DNA from: Chrysomallon squamiferum
Taxonomy: Eukaryota > Animalia > Mollusca
Direction: 5' to 3'
DNA length: 64,000 bases
Assembly: GCA_012295275.1 (NCBI GenBank)
Contig: CM022669.1
Coordinates: 13,888,001 to 13,952,000 of the forward strand
Made by a program: the position numbers and the translations under genes. The notes below the pieces were generated by a model that had not been told where the DNA came from, ran no database searches, and saw only the letters and a list, made by a program, of their open reading frames with translations. Of the stretch, positions 25,144-40,400 are shown in pieces. The stretch's first letter is position 1; every line of letters begins with the position of its first letter.

Positions 25144-28100
25144 TTAAGTCTTTCCAGGATGCAATACTCACAATAACAATATGACTAAATTTAAGTATCT
25201 TCCTGGTTTTCATTAAGGCTGATGCAAAAAAGTCTTAGTGATTGAAATAAAGGCAGCGAACGATAACTCCAGTGAATAAGACAGCGGAAGAAGAGTAGGA
25301 GACAAAACATATAATAATATGAAGAATAAAACAATTAGATAGGAAAAATAGAAATAAGAATCTAAAAAGAATCTAAAGAAAGTAAATGAAAAACGATACT
25401 TTAGCTTTTTTAAGAATTCCAACAGCTGTTCACAATCCTTAATTGAATGACAGTCACAAGTTCACCGAGCTCACCATCTCGGTGTGGTGTCCGCTCTCTT
25501 TGTTGACATGTGTTTTAAATATTATTGATATTGGGTGTTACTGTTTTTGGTGGTGATGGTATTATTATTATTATTGTGTGTTTCAACAGTTGGATATCTT
25601 TTAGGAATAACAGTTTCATTTACCCTTTGTTTTTGCAAAATTACACCTATTTTACAAATTACGCGGAAGAGGAAAAAAGAAAAAGAAAATAAAAATCCTA
25701 TAGTTTCTTTTTTACTTTTTTTTTTTTTTTTTTGACTTCCATATTGTTTTATTCAGAATATGTCAAGTGTCATATTAAACAAATATTATATTCCAAGTTT
25801 CCATATTGAAAATGAGAGCCATGTTAGTGACAAACTAAACAGTATGATTTGAATGTATGTTTTGAATGTGAAATTTGTATCATTCATGTGTAAAAAGGAA
25901 GCCAATAATTAAAATTAAATTGTTTCAAATGTCCCCGTTTTGTTTTTCTAGGCAAGAGATAACAAATGTTTGATTTAATTTTCATCTTTCTCCATTACTT
26001 TTCAAAACAGTAAGGAAAACCTAGTGTTACCCCCTTGTGTATACACACATTAAATATCTGAACATATGAAAATCATTAAATTTCTGTATAGTTGTGTTTT
26101 ATTATTCTCATTGTCTCATTTCATTATCAGCTGTTTGATCATCAACATTAAATAAAATAATTATTTTAAACCATATAAAATGTATTTTATATTATTCCTT
26201 TGCACCACTATAGGCACTATTTAAAATAACATTATTCCACCAGTGATCCCATCAATGCAGTAGAAATAAACATACATAAACAATAATTTAAAAAACAAAA
26301 AACCAAACCAAACAATAGTTTGAATAATATTTTTATTCCTGAGAACAATATAATAATGGATACATCTTCAACAGAATTTAAAAAATTGCATATACAGTTG
26401 TTATTTAATACATATTCATTGTTGCAAATATTGATTTTTGATTTCATAAATTAAAAAGGCAATATTGTCATGTTAAAGAAAAAAAATTCTGTTCTAGTTT
26501 TATACAGTAGGAATAATTTATTTTACATTTTTTAATTTAATTGTCTTATTTTTTAAATTTTGTATTATAATAATAATTATTATTTTTATTTAATATTAAA
26601 TTTTTTATTGTTATTGTTTTATTTTATTGTTTTGCAGTACAATATATACTGATATTTTAAAATATTATTATTATTATTATTATTGATTTTTTAAAATTAT
26701 TTTTTATTATTATTATTTTTTCCCCTTTGATTTCAGAAAATAAAAATGCAATAATATTGTGAAATTAACCAAAATGAATTCTGTGAGGAATAATTTTTTA
26801 CCTTCTTATCTTTATTTTTTAAATTTGTTTTGCAGTAATATAAAAAAAAAAAAAAATGTTTTTGAATTTTTGTGATATGAATATAAAATTCAATATTTCA
26901 CTTCAATAAAATTTGTAACATTTATATAATTGTAATATTTTTTATACATATTTTTTTATTACTGGTATCGGAAAAATACAATAAGAATGTAATTACTTTT
27001 GAAAAATCCTCAAGTTCTATTTTTTTTATATATTATTTCTAATTTTAATTTTTTAATTTTTTTTTTTTTGTTCATGTTGCAAATAAAATAAATAAAAAGT
27101 TCTAGATTTTTTTCATATAATACTCATGAAGTTAAATTATTCTTCAATACAATTACCCTGAAAATAGCTTGCATATTTAAAAACTACTTGAAAAAGTTAA
27201 ACATTTCCGAATGTTAATATCATTCTTTTGCAGTGAATTCTAAAAAAATTCCAAATTCCAAGGATTTCAGATGACATTCATTTGTGCAATCAAAAAATTG
27301 TCAAATGACATGAGAAAAAAAAAAAATAGCTGGACAAAATGTATTGCTTTTAAATATAATTGGAAGCTCAACAAACACAACAGTTAGTGAAAAACAACTA
27401 TCATCAAATAAATAACCCAGTATTAAACCACTTAATAAGTTACAACTTCTGTTATTACTTTTGTTGTTACTGTTACATTAATTGATTACTGTTACTATTA
27501 ATATCTTTTTTGATATAAATAAATAAATAATTAATAAAACAGTAGACGTAGATTTCCTTTCAGAAACTTAAATAACACCAGCAGACTATATTAATAAACA
27601 GATAACAAATTTTATAAAACAAAAAGTGTGGACACAAAAGAGATGACCAAAAAAGTAATAATGAAACATTTTAAAGGTAAATTATTAATAAACAAAAGAT
27701 CTGAATAAACAAGTAACTAATCTAGTGTAGATAAGCATAAACTAAAAAAGAACAAATCACAGATGGAAATGAACTAATCACAGGATAAAAAATTATAAAT
27801 TCACTGGCAAAAACATTGGACGGAATGTATTAATTCAGTGGGCTACTGTTAATAAAAGGGTTTGGGTAAACAACACTAAAGATACATAACAAAACATTTT
27901 TTAAAGTTGAATATCACTCTCATACTTGTAATCACAGAGACACAATATGACTTGATTAGATGCAAAAACAAACATCTGTAAATACAAAACAAATGCATAA
28001 ATGCAAAAATAAAACATATATACATGTATATATAAATATTATGCACCATAGGTTAACAGAAAGATTTGTATACTGGTAATAACAACACAACAAATATAAG

Positions 28101-29136
28101 TATATTGCATATAATAGGTTAAAATAAAATGCACTGGTTATATAATTATTATTATTATTATAAGCAACCAATTATAAAACACTGGATATTAATATTGCTT
28201 ACACATTCACAAAAATGAATTAATATTGCTTAATTTTAAATAAAATAAACAGGTGAATATTTGAGAATTTTGGACTTTAGTAAGGGTTCCATTGCTTAAC
28301 TGTTGTAAAAGAACATTGTTAAGTATGTTTGAAACTATAAACAAATTATCACTGCAGTACAATAGCAAGTATTTATTTATTATTTTTTTATTATTATTTT
28401 TATTTTTTTGGCTCAACATGCATTCCTCTTGGCCTTTCAAAAACTGGGTATTTTCAAGATAATGGATGAAATTATCTAAATGTGAAAACATAAATGGAAG
28501 TTTTGTGATTCTTAAGCACCATGTAAAGTATGACACTGCAGACACTAATTAGATATGACACAGCATTTTGTTATCATAAAATTTTAGCCATTATAATACT
28601 CGGGTTGAATCTGAAATTTCAAACTGTGTAGAAGTAAACAAATTGCACCTGTAAAAATTGGAATGTTTCTAGTTTAAAAAAAAAAATATTTCCAAATGTT
28701 TAAAAAGTATTTTGTATAAATCCAAATGTTTAAAAATTTTTTTTTAAATGAATTAATTTTTTTTATTTTTTTACAGTATTAATGGTAATAAAATGTTTAT
28801 ATATTAGAGAAATGGAACAAACAGCAAAATTTACTTCATTTTCTACAATTTATCAAATTAAACATTCTTTTATTTATTTACTAACTTCTTATTTTAAATG
28901 ATTCATTTAAAAAAATCTGCAGTTCCCGATTTAGGTCATGAATAAAACAACAACAACAAAAATAAAGATGCTTTTCAACGATTATTTCTAACATAGGAGA
29001 TATAAGATATATGTATATACTTGCATATCACAAACAGCCAACAATACACTACAGTAAATATATATTCTGTGGACAACAAATATAACAAAACAAAAATCAC
29101 TCCCCTCTTAATTCATGTATCTTAAAATGCTTAAAT

Positions 29137-32100
29137 CTAATTTCTAGGAGTAGATGACCTTTCGTTTTGGAATGTACCAGAAGCATTCAACATTGCTATG
29201 TAAAGGGGACTCTTTGCATTGAACGACTGGTCGCTAATCTGAGACATGCTGTCAGGAGTGTGCAGATCATCGAGGCTGGGACTGCAGCTGTGGTTCAGAT
29301 TCAAGTTGTTGAAGGACAGGTGGCCGCCTGGACAACAGAAGGAAGTCATCTGTTCAGCTCGCAGTTCGGCTTTAGCTATCAGTTCATTAATCGCTTCGGT
29401 TCGACACTTATCATTCCTGAGAAAATGAAAAGGTTAAAAACACGTGTACATAATTAATTGTGTGTGTATTTTTATATATATGTACAGACACATGTTTACT
29501 ATTATTATTATTATTATTATTATTTTATATACATACATACTTATTAGGTGAAAGTTCAGGGGATTTTGTCTTAAAATATATGATACTTATTAGGTGAAAC
29601 GTTTTCTTAATGGAAAATGTGATACTTTATTAGGTGAAATGTTATCTTAATGGAAAATGTGATACTTACTTATTAGGTGGAATGTTTTCTTAATGGAAAA
29701 TGTGATACTTTACTTATTAGGTGAAAAGTCTGAGGGTTTTTTCACAAAGAAAATACAGGTTTCTTTACAGAAGATATAACACTTATTAGGTATAAATTCA
29801 GAGTTTTTTTCAATAGAATCAGATGAAAATTCAGGTTTTTTTTTTTCATAGAAAATATAATGTTTGTTTGATGAAAATGTAAGGTGTTTTTTTCAGACTT
29901 ACTTGCTAGGTGAGGGGCTGTTCAGTCGGAGAGCCATTATCTCAGATCGGAGTCTGGCCGTGTCTTCCTCTAAAGAATGCAGCGAGTTCTTCGTGATGCT
30001 GTGCAGTGCTCGTTCAGTGGTGATCTCCGACTCCAGTCTGCTGATCTGCTTCTGGTACTTTTTCAAGACTGTCGACTCTCGCTCCTTTGGCCTTTTCCTC
30101 TACAGTCTTCTGATTCTCTAGTTGCTGCTGCATCTTGTTACTCAGTTCCTGCACATTTTTTTCCATCTCCTGCCTTATACAGAAGAAAATAGGAATAAAA
30201 ACAGTTGCAAAAAAAACACACAAAAAAAAAAAGAAAAATGTAATTCTGGACATAATTATAGAGTGAACAGATTACGAAAATAATAATTAAGTATCAACAA
30301 AATAGTTGCAAAAAATATTCACGGTTTATATACAGATTATATAAATAATATTTAAGAGTCAATGAAATCGTAAAAATTTTTATTGTGAGTGAACGTGAGA
30401 GAAAAACAGATATTCTTTTACTACAGAAAATGTCTTTTGTTTTGCTTGTAATTTTAAAATCCTACTTAGATGACAGTCCAGTGACAATAATAATTTTAAT
30501 AGCTGTCTTACCACATTTCTTTGGATTCTTTATTACATTTTTTTGCCAAAAATTCCTTAAGGTTCTTCAGTTCTAGTTCTTGTTCCTCAAACCTAAATCA
30601 ACCACAAATGTTTTACACCTTGAAGTTTTTACTTCATTTCAAAATATTAGAGGGATAAAGATTAAAGTTAAGCAATTTGGAATATACTATTGGATGTATT
30701 TGTTTTGTATTACTGCTTATCAGTGAATTTAAACAATAACACAAAAGAGAAGGTGAAAAAAAAAAAAAAGATAAAGAATTAATTAAATTAACCATGGAAA
30801 CATATTTAAAAAAAAAAAAAACACAATAAAGTAATAGATAGTGTGAATGAAATTAAACTATTAAATTAGTTTATGTTTTCAATGCATTGTAAACAAAATA
30901 AAAATTTAAATAATCTCATGCATTTCATGACTCAACCATTCATTTCCTAATCAGGTGTCTTAAATTTTAAATTATTGGTGAAAGTTTCAAATACAGAAAA
31001 GACAGGGAAAATTTTACAATTTAAGTAAAATATCAAGATCTAAAATTTTATAGATGGTGCAAAATAAGACAATCATATATAGGTAAGGTTCAAAGGCAAG
31101 GTGAAATATATGGAAATTAGATGTATTAAATTTCAAAAGTAATATGACAAATGTAGTAATAACAATGAAGTAACAGTATTTATAATACAGTGAGTTTACC
31201 TAGCTGTTAAGTTTGAGCGTTAAGTTTGACTTGCATCTCCTCTTGAGGAAAAGAATATAATAATCAGAAATATAATAGTGAAGGGCATCCTTGGCCTGCT
31301 GCAGTTTCTTACTGTTCTCTTCCAGTTTATCATTCAGATCAACAAGTTCTGTATTAAGCTGAGGAAAAGAATATAATAATCAAAAATATAATAGTGAAGA
31401 AAATAGCATCATACTGATTAGAAAACCTTAAAAATAAACAAAACAAAATAAAACTGTATGTACATTACATCAGTGACATGAATTTGAAGGAAAATATGTA
31501 TTTGTAAATTTTGTAAAATGTTTACTTTCAGATTCTCTACATTCTTTGTATTATAGTAATTGTAACAGGACCAGGAAAATGTATTGTCTTACTTTCAGAT
31601 TCTCTACATTCTTTGTATTATAGTAATTGTAACAGGACCAGGAAAATGTATTGTCTTACTTTCAGATTCTCTACATTCTTTCTAGGTATTAAAATTCTTT
31701 GTATTACTTTCAGATTCTCTACATTTATTATAGTAAAATGAAAATGTATTTGTAAAGTAAATGACCAGGAAAATGTATTTGTAAATTATACATAATGTCT
31801 TACTTTCAGATTCTCTACATTCTTTGTATTATAGTAAATTACTTTTCAGATTCTCTACATTCTTTGTATTATAGTAAATGTAGCAGGAAAATGTATTTGT
31901 AAATTATACATAATGTCTTACTTTCAGATTCTCTACATTCTTTGTATTATAGTAAATGACCAGGGTAAAAAACTTTCAGATTCTCTACATTCTTTGTAAT
32001 TATTATACATAATGTCTTACTTTCAGATTCTCTACATTCTTTGTATTATAGTAAATGTAACAGGACCAGGAAAATGTATTGTCTTACTTTCAGATTCTCT

Positions 32101-34434
32101 ACATTCTTTCTATTATAGTAAAGTCAGGCTGTTTGTAAAAAAAAATAATGTCTTTCTAGACTATTCAGAAAGGCAGAAAATGTATTGTCTTACTTTCAGA
32201 TTCTCTTAGGAAATGCAGTAAATTCTGTCTGGGCCATCTTCTGTCTGTCCTCTTTTAACATATCACTGAAATATCAAAAAGTAGGTCATTTTGTTTTAAC
32301 ATAAAATAATCATAATTATGGAACTTGAAAAAAATGAAATGTTTTATTAGCCAACTGTCCAAGGTGTGAAGATATAAAAAAAAAAAAAAATTAATACACA
32401 TTTAAAAAAATATTTTGATTAAATACTAAATATATATGTACAAACATAATGATAAATGTTCTGGATGATTCAGTCTAAAACAACAATTTGAAAAGTAAAT
32501 AAATAATTATTAATGCTATTCTGTCAGTAACATTAAATTTCAAATAAATTTAAACTTCCTCCTATATGATAATAAAACTATTTAAAAACAACAAGGAAGT
32601 AAAGATTAAAATTACATTTTTTGTCTCAGCTCAAGAGTTGATCTTTGAGAACTTATTTCAAACAGATTTTTCTCAGTTGTGATTGTCCCCTGCAGTTTGC
32701 CAACTTCGCTCTGAAACAAACAAAAAAAAATAAAATAAATAATAAATAAAAATCATAGGCAAACCTCTATATTAAGCCATTGCTACTGTACAGTGTAAAC
32801 CAATGTAGGTTTTTAAGTCTGCACTGTTCTTACAATACTGTGATCAATAATAAAATGAACACACATTTTAAAATTCCTAACATAATAATTATTATGTACA
32901 CTGAGATCATAAAATATTCAAGATTTTGTATTTTTGCAAGAGTAGATAGAGATAAGCCACACTTCCTTCTAAATCTTTTAAACAAAGATTTAAAAAATAT
33001 ATATTAAAGTTATATTATTATTAAAATAACTTGTGAAATAAAATTTTTATTAGAATATAAAGTTTTCTTCTTCTTTATATTCTTCTTCTTATTATTTTTT
33101 TACTGATTAAAAGTTAAAACAAAAATGACCAGTATGATAATATATATTTCCTGATTAATTATACCAATTTCAAGATAATAATTTTATTTTACTTTTTAAA
33201 TGATCTCATAAAATATTTATTAATAATAACAGAAAATTATTTTAAAATAAATCTTGTAAAATTAAAATATCCACACAATTTTTTTTAACTATTAATATTT
33301 AAAAAAAATAAAAATACATAAACAACCTGAAGAATATTTATCTTCTCTTGCTGTGTTCTCAGAGTTTTCTTCATACTGCCTGATGACATATGACATTCCT
33401 GTAGTTCAGCTGAGAGTGTGTGAACGCGGTCTGACTCAGACTTCAGCTGTGTCTCCACAATGCCCAGTTTGGTCTGCAGCTCCAGAATACGCTCTTCACA
33501 CTTCGACTGAAACAAAAATGTCTGTCTGATACTTTCATTTCAAATAAAGACCAACAAAGAAAATAATTAAAAAAAAAAAAAAAAAAAAAAATGTGAAAAA
33601 AAAGGATTCAGTCTCCTACCACCTCCAAATAAAAAAAAAAAATAAAAAATTTGAATAATAAAAATAAGAAAGTTTAAGGAATTGAAAAGGATAAAGTCCA
33701 CTCTTCCTTGACAAAAAAATACAAATATATATATATATATATATACAATTTTTTTTATTTTTTTTAGCAAAATAAGTGAATTAAAAGATTATTAAATAAA
33801 TTATGTTTCTTATTTCAGTGTAACATAAATAAGAAAAAAAAGAATAAAAGTCAACATTTGTTCAATATGAAACAGGAACATTTATAATTTCTACTCCTTT
33901 AAGTCTGAATGCTTCACTTTTGTAATGTAGCTAGTCATCTTTGCTTACTTTATATTTCTTTTGTTACTATATATTTTACCTTGAACTTATATTTGCATTA
34001 AAAAATATGACAACCATATCACGCACATCTAAAATAATTAATTTAACTTTAAAAACATTTTCCACAGATGTATTAGAAACTGAAAATAATTCTTTTGAAT
34101 TCTTTTTTACTAAGTAATTTAATAATTACTGGTCACTCAAAGTTTCCAACAAGCATCTTAATTTCAAGTTATTTTAAATATGACTGCAAAGTTCATAAGA
34201 ACATACCTTGTCTCTCCTGACCTCCTCTGTCTCAGACACTGAAGACAAGACTTTCTGCTCTGCATATTTACGAGCTGTACATTCCTCTGAATACAGGGAT
34301 TTTATCTGATCCAGTGACTTTTTCACAGTCCTGTACTCTGCCAGCAGCTGTTCATATTTAGATCTGATCTCTTCCAACTTCTCCTGTGTGGACTGCAACT
34401 TCAGCTCAGCCTTTGACAATAAAAGTCATTAACT

Positions 34435-34488
<54 letters not shown>

Positions 34489-37400
34489 TAAAAATAATAA
34501 TAATAATAATAACAAAAAAAAAAAAAAAATAATAATAATAAGGCCTGAAACAATTTGTTGGTCAATCACTTTAAGCATTCTATTGCATAAATATTCTCAA
34601 TATTCTGAGATTTCAAATCTCATGAATGAAAACTGTTTTAAAAATTATAAGCCTTCACTTATCTGCTACAAATATTGAGTTTTACACAGGCTCACCTGAC
34701 TTAAAGCATCTTTAAGCCTGGAGATTTCTGCATCTTTGTCAGTCTGGATGTCAGTTATTTTATGAGTGTACTCAAGTGTCTGGCAATGAGAACGTTCTTT
34801 CAAACCATTGAGCTCCTGCTGCAGAGTCTGACATCTGGCCTGACTCTCTCCAAGCTCATCCTGTTACAAGATAAAATTAAATTGTTGTAATCCTTTCATG
34901 TTTGAGACTGATTTTATATTTTAACATTGATTAAAAATATATGTTAAACTAAAAGAAAGAAATATTAGCAAAGTTAGTTTATGTTCAGATACTAATAAAT
35001 AAAAATTTCTTACTAGAGAATTGATAAATTAAAACTGTTAATAATAATAATAATAATAATAATCATAATAATAAATTGTAAAATTGATAATGACAAAAAA
35101 GAATGATATTCAGTACAGCCAAATTTAATAAACTTCTAATGTAATTAACAGTGATAACTTTTAATAAGTAAATATTAAAATGATTTATCTTATTTTACTT
35201 CTTAATATTACTGATCACAAATGACTAAATTTAATGCATTTTCTGATTATATTTACACTTTATATATTTCTATTATTTTTACATTTAGACTGGTCACAAA
35301 CAGAATCTGCTTTCAGCAATACTAGGTTCATCAGAAATGTTAAAGTTTCACTTGAGTACTCTACCTGAAGCTTTTTATTGCTTTCTCTGTATGACATGAT
35401 TTCATTTCTGTGGGATTCCAGAATAATTTGAGACTCCGACAGTTTGGTTTCCATTCTTTCCAATTTCGATTCTGTTTCTTTTTTGTGCCTTATAAACAAA
35501 ACCAAAATAACATTTTAATTGTTTTCTTATTCAATATCAACAGCATTCATTCTTTTACAAGTAATATTTCCTTTAATGGTTGATGCCCCCAAAATAACAA
35601 CAGCATAAACAAAAATAATTAAGTTGGAAAAAAAATAAATAAATAAAAAGTCTTTATTTATCTTTAAATTTTGAGATGGAAATATCATCTTTGATGCATT
35701 TATGCCAAAACATTTTTATCTTATTAACTAAAACAAAAAAATTAAATAACAATGAGAAACAGACAAATTGCAAACAGGCATGAAAAACAAGCAGACAGAT
35801 AAACAGACATCAGCTAAGAATTGAAATAGGCAGTCACACCTATTTCACAATAAATAAAATCAATTAAACAGATGAGTGATGTTCTCTGTAACTGTCACAA
35901 AACTGAACATAGAATTTCTAAAATAATATTCATTTTGTAAAACATACATGGAAAGCTCATGTAGTTCTTGAAGAGCATGGCTGTAAGATGACAACTGTAT
36001 TTCTTTCTTCTTAAGTTCTTCATTTAGATCAGCAATTTCCTCTCTGAAACAAACAAAAACATAATATACTCCTAACTCAAAATTTGCTACACTGAAAAAG
36101 AAACAATATAAAACCACAAAAAGGACTTTGTGACAAACCCTCATGTTTTAAAATATGATCATTAACTAGAAATGTATGTTAATACTTTGAACTGAAATAG
36201 TTTATAAAACTTAACTTGATATTTTTGCAAATGCAAAAGAGAATAATTATATGAATAATCATTTATATTTTTTTACACTTTATTCATATTCATTTATTTA
36301 TTATGTTTTTATTATTATTATTATTGATTTTATTCATTTTTGTTCTTTACTTATAATACAACAGCCTAGTGGCTGGGAACAGACAGATCATGGATGAATT
36401 AGCTGCACATACTTGGCATGTTTAAGACTGTTTTCAAGTGATTTCTTGTCCTGTTCTCCTTCTGACTGTTCAAGAACAACCTCTTTTTTCAAATTTTCAA
36501 TTTTTTCTTCATAAGACTGCTTCAGTTCAGTCATAGCCTGTTCCTTCTCATTATGTTTTCTACACATGGCTTCGTAATCTTAAAATAAATGAAATAAAAC
36601 AGTAAGGCAATTATAAAAATAAATATATATATATATATAACACTGACATATATTCATTATAAAAAAACAATTTATGATGTTTAATGTTATAGTAGGAATC
36701 TGTCACCCATTTGCAACAAATAAAAAAAAAAAAATAAAAAAAAAAAAAAAACATTCCTGATAAAATAATTAAAATGAGAAATACAAAACATAACACAAAA
36801 ATTATAGGATGATTTAGAACACTACATAAGTGTATACACTGTCATAATACTATTTTTATTTTTTCTAATAGAGATATAATTTATTATCATCATTTAAGAT
36901 TATATTGTTATTGTACTATTGTTATTATCATCATTAAAACAGTTTATATTTTTTGTTACATTATCATCATAATAATTATTATCATTAATACTGCAATATT
37001 ACTATTATTGTTGTTATCATCATTGTCATCATAATCATCATCTTTATCATTACCTTGATATAAGTATGTCTTTTCAACTTTGATCTGTTCTATTTTCTCT
37101 TTCAGGCTGTCAATCTGACCATGCAGTGTTTCAATCTCCTGCTCAGAGCCTTTCAAATCCTGAGTAAGTTTCTGTACCATCTGCTCTTTACGATTAACTT
37201 CAAGCTGCACATTCATCAAATTAAAACAAACATTCTTAATTAAAAAACAGAAACAAACGTTAAAAACAAAAATAAATTTAATTAAGAAGAAGAAAAGAAG
37301 AAAAAGGATAGAAAGATGATGAAAAGATGAACCAGGAAAAGAAGAACAACAAAAACATCAATGCCAACAATATTAATAATTTATAAATGAATAATTTTTC

Positions 37401-40400
37401 TCTCTGTTTTAAATGTTTCAGATTTAAAGTATCAAAAAAAGATAGTAATTTTTGTACCCTAAGCTGATCTGTTGTCTGTCGCTCGGCACTGAGGTTATTC
37501 AGCAACATGGACTGTTCATGTTTCAGTGCTTCGAGTCTGTATCCAGTGGCAGTAAGATCCTCCTTTTTCTGTGAAGCATTCATTCTTTCTTCAGCCAGCT
37601 ACAAGAAAACGTTTCATGTAGTGACACATTTTATGCATGGTTTATGATGGCTGATATATGGTTAATGACCATTAAGGATCATTCAGATGATGAAAGAGGA
37701 TGACTTTACTGCTTTTCAAGCCAAATATAATAGTAAAATAAATAGCACATACTAAATATGTTAGTTACTATAAATAAATTAACATTGAGGATCCATTATC
37801 TGAAATTTCAAAAATAAGAAAGCTCAAAAAATCCATGATAATAGTACTTTGTAACTTTCAGATGTTTTATCATAAATGAAGTTTATTTTGTGCACAAAAT
37901 AATTAAAAATATTATTCAAATCTACCCAGAGACAATTTGTAAATGCTGTACATAAAATATAAATGGACTTTATTGTTTGGATTTTTATATATTTTTCCTT
38001 CTTATATTTCTAAATTTGAAACACTTCCAGCCTCAGGTATTTTGGATAAGGGATCCTCAGCCTATATTGTCAGCTAAAATATATCAAGACTTACTGAAGA
38101 TTGCTCCATTTCAAGTCTTGATTCCAGACTGGAGTTGATATCTGTCAGATTTTTGATGTCATCATTCAGATGTTTGACCTTGTTCTTCAGCTGTTCATTC
38201 TCTGCTTCCATCTGATTGACCTGACGTTTAACCTGCTGCAGTTCTGTCTCCAGTGATGCTAACTGATTTTTCTTTTCCTGTAGTTCTTCTGTAGAAACCT
38301 TAACTGTCTGCTCTGCATGTTCTACCTGTGTACAGATAAAGATGATGACTATATGTTATTTAAAAAAAGAACTGTAATTCAAAATTATTCTTACTTCATC
38401 AGAATCTGCTATTACAAACATTTTGTTCTCATTAATTTTTACCAAGATCATAAAACTGTAATCAAATATGTGGTCAGCAACTGTTATTTTTATCAAGGCA
38501 AAATTGCATCTATTAAGTCTATGAACATATCAAAAATATTATTACAAACTTGACATCTTGCAAGTTAACAGCCAAATACAGAGTAACATGTTCCTTCATA
38601 ATTATTATCCTGATACTGATAAATACAGAGTAACATGTTCCTTCATAATTATTATCCTGATAAATACAAGAGCTTTTACCTGAGCATGTCTTTCACAGGT
38701 TTATTGGATTAGCTATGAATCTAACTGAGACCTTGGAATTTACAAGCTGATCAGGCTCATTTATATCAAAGAAAATGTTTGCACAGACCTTTTTGATAAA
38801 ATCTGCTGACTCCACTTTCTTTTTCTGGTGAAAGTTTTTCTCCTGCTGCAGCTCCTTCTGGAGTCGTTTGTTCTCTCTCTCCAGAGTTGATTTCTCCTTC
38901 AGCAGCAGATTGTTTGTCTCAATCAGGGCAGAATTTTCTTTCATCTGAAACAAAAAATTTAATAATATGTATTTAATCTAACTGAGGATTCATCTTTGCA
39001 TACACACACAGATATACAGAGAGAAACACACACACAAGCACACCCTCACAAAATTAATGTACATTATAGATTTAAAAATAAGCACTTCATCAAAAATGTA
39101 CTTCTGAACAAAAGATAATCCTTTTTATTATTATTTCAGATATCAATAACATACCATTATAATCAATAATTTTACTGCTATTTGAAAGACTTTACTGTAT
39201 TTTATACTTAATCATTACAACTGAGAATAGTGTATATATTAACTATTTTATACATTAGCATCTTAATCATCAGTGCTATAATTACTGGTTTGTTACCTTT
39301 AGAATCAGTTCATTTGTTAAACGATGGATGTCTTCTTTGTTGTACTGAGTCTCACTGCGAAGTAAATCCACTCGGTGTCGAAGGTAATTTATTTCAGCAT
39401 TTGGACGACTGAAAATTAAAAAAAAATATATGGATGACAAAAATATACAATACAATTAATTCTTTAAGGTAACTGTTTGAACAAAGCAAATATATTAAAG
39501 AAAACTTTGGTATATTTTAAAATCCAATATTATTATTAATTTCATCTAGATCTGAATAAGACATATAAAGTTTCTTTGTGGTTGAAAATCAACTATAATG
39601 TGACCCACAATAATTTTATAATTTTGCAATAAAAATCACCATTTTCTATCAATACATGATTTTAAATGATTTTAAACTAATTATAAGTATGTGTATAATA
39701 GTAAAAACATGGTGCAAAATATTTGATATACTGAGGGTGTAATCAAAGATTATGAAGCAGCAAAAGAGAAATTTACTTAAGTTTGTCTGCCATCATCTCC
39801 AGTTCTTTGTCCTTGGACATGACCAGCAATCTTAACGAATTTAACTCAGAAACTATCTGTAACAAAAATTCAGTAACATTTAAATGCATTGTCAAAACAA
39901 TCATTATTTGTCAAGGTCTAGATTTTATTTTATGTTATCTTCAAATCTTCCATTTACAAATATTTGTAATATTTCTGCATTGTATAAATATAAAAAAAAT
40001 CATGTCTCTACTAATTTATGTCAGTGTATGAGTCATGGTTCTAATATTATCAGACAACAGAAACAGTTTAAAGTAAAATTTCTTTACAGTGACTGAAACA
40101 GTGAATTTAAAAGCACATCTTAGCAACATGTAGAATGATAAAATAAATGCATTGTGAACAACTAATTATTTTGAAATAAAAGAAAGAAAAGAAACAAACC
40201 TTTTTCACTTCTGGTGTTTCTGCACTGTGTGAAGACTTGAAGCCACTGTGCTGGTTTCGGGCGTTGTCTTCAAACTTGTGCAGTACCTCCTGCAGAGTTC
40301 TTTCCAGCTTCACAACATCTTCGTCAGTTTGAGATTTTTCTCTGCGTAATGCATCATATTCCAGAGAAAGTTCCTACAAATGGAAATAAATTTAAAAACA

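Noticed and set aside
31524-32205. CRISPR-like repeat/spacer appearance
   Set aside because: The intervening sequences are fragments of the same unit, not unique spacers. The context is a eukaryotic intron with no cas genes.
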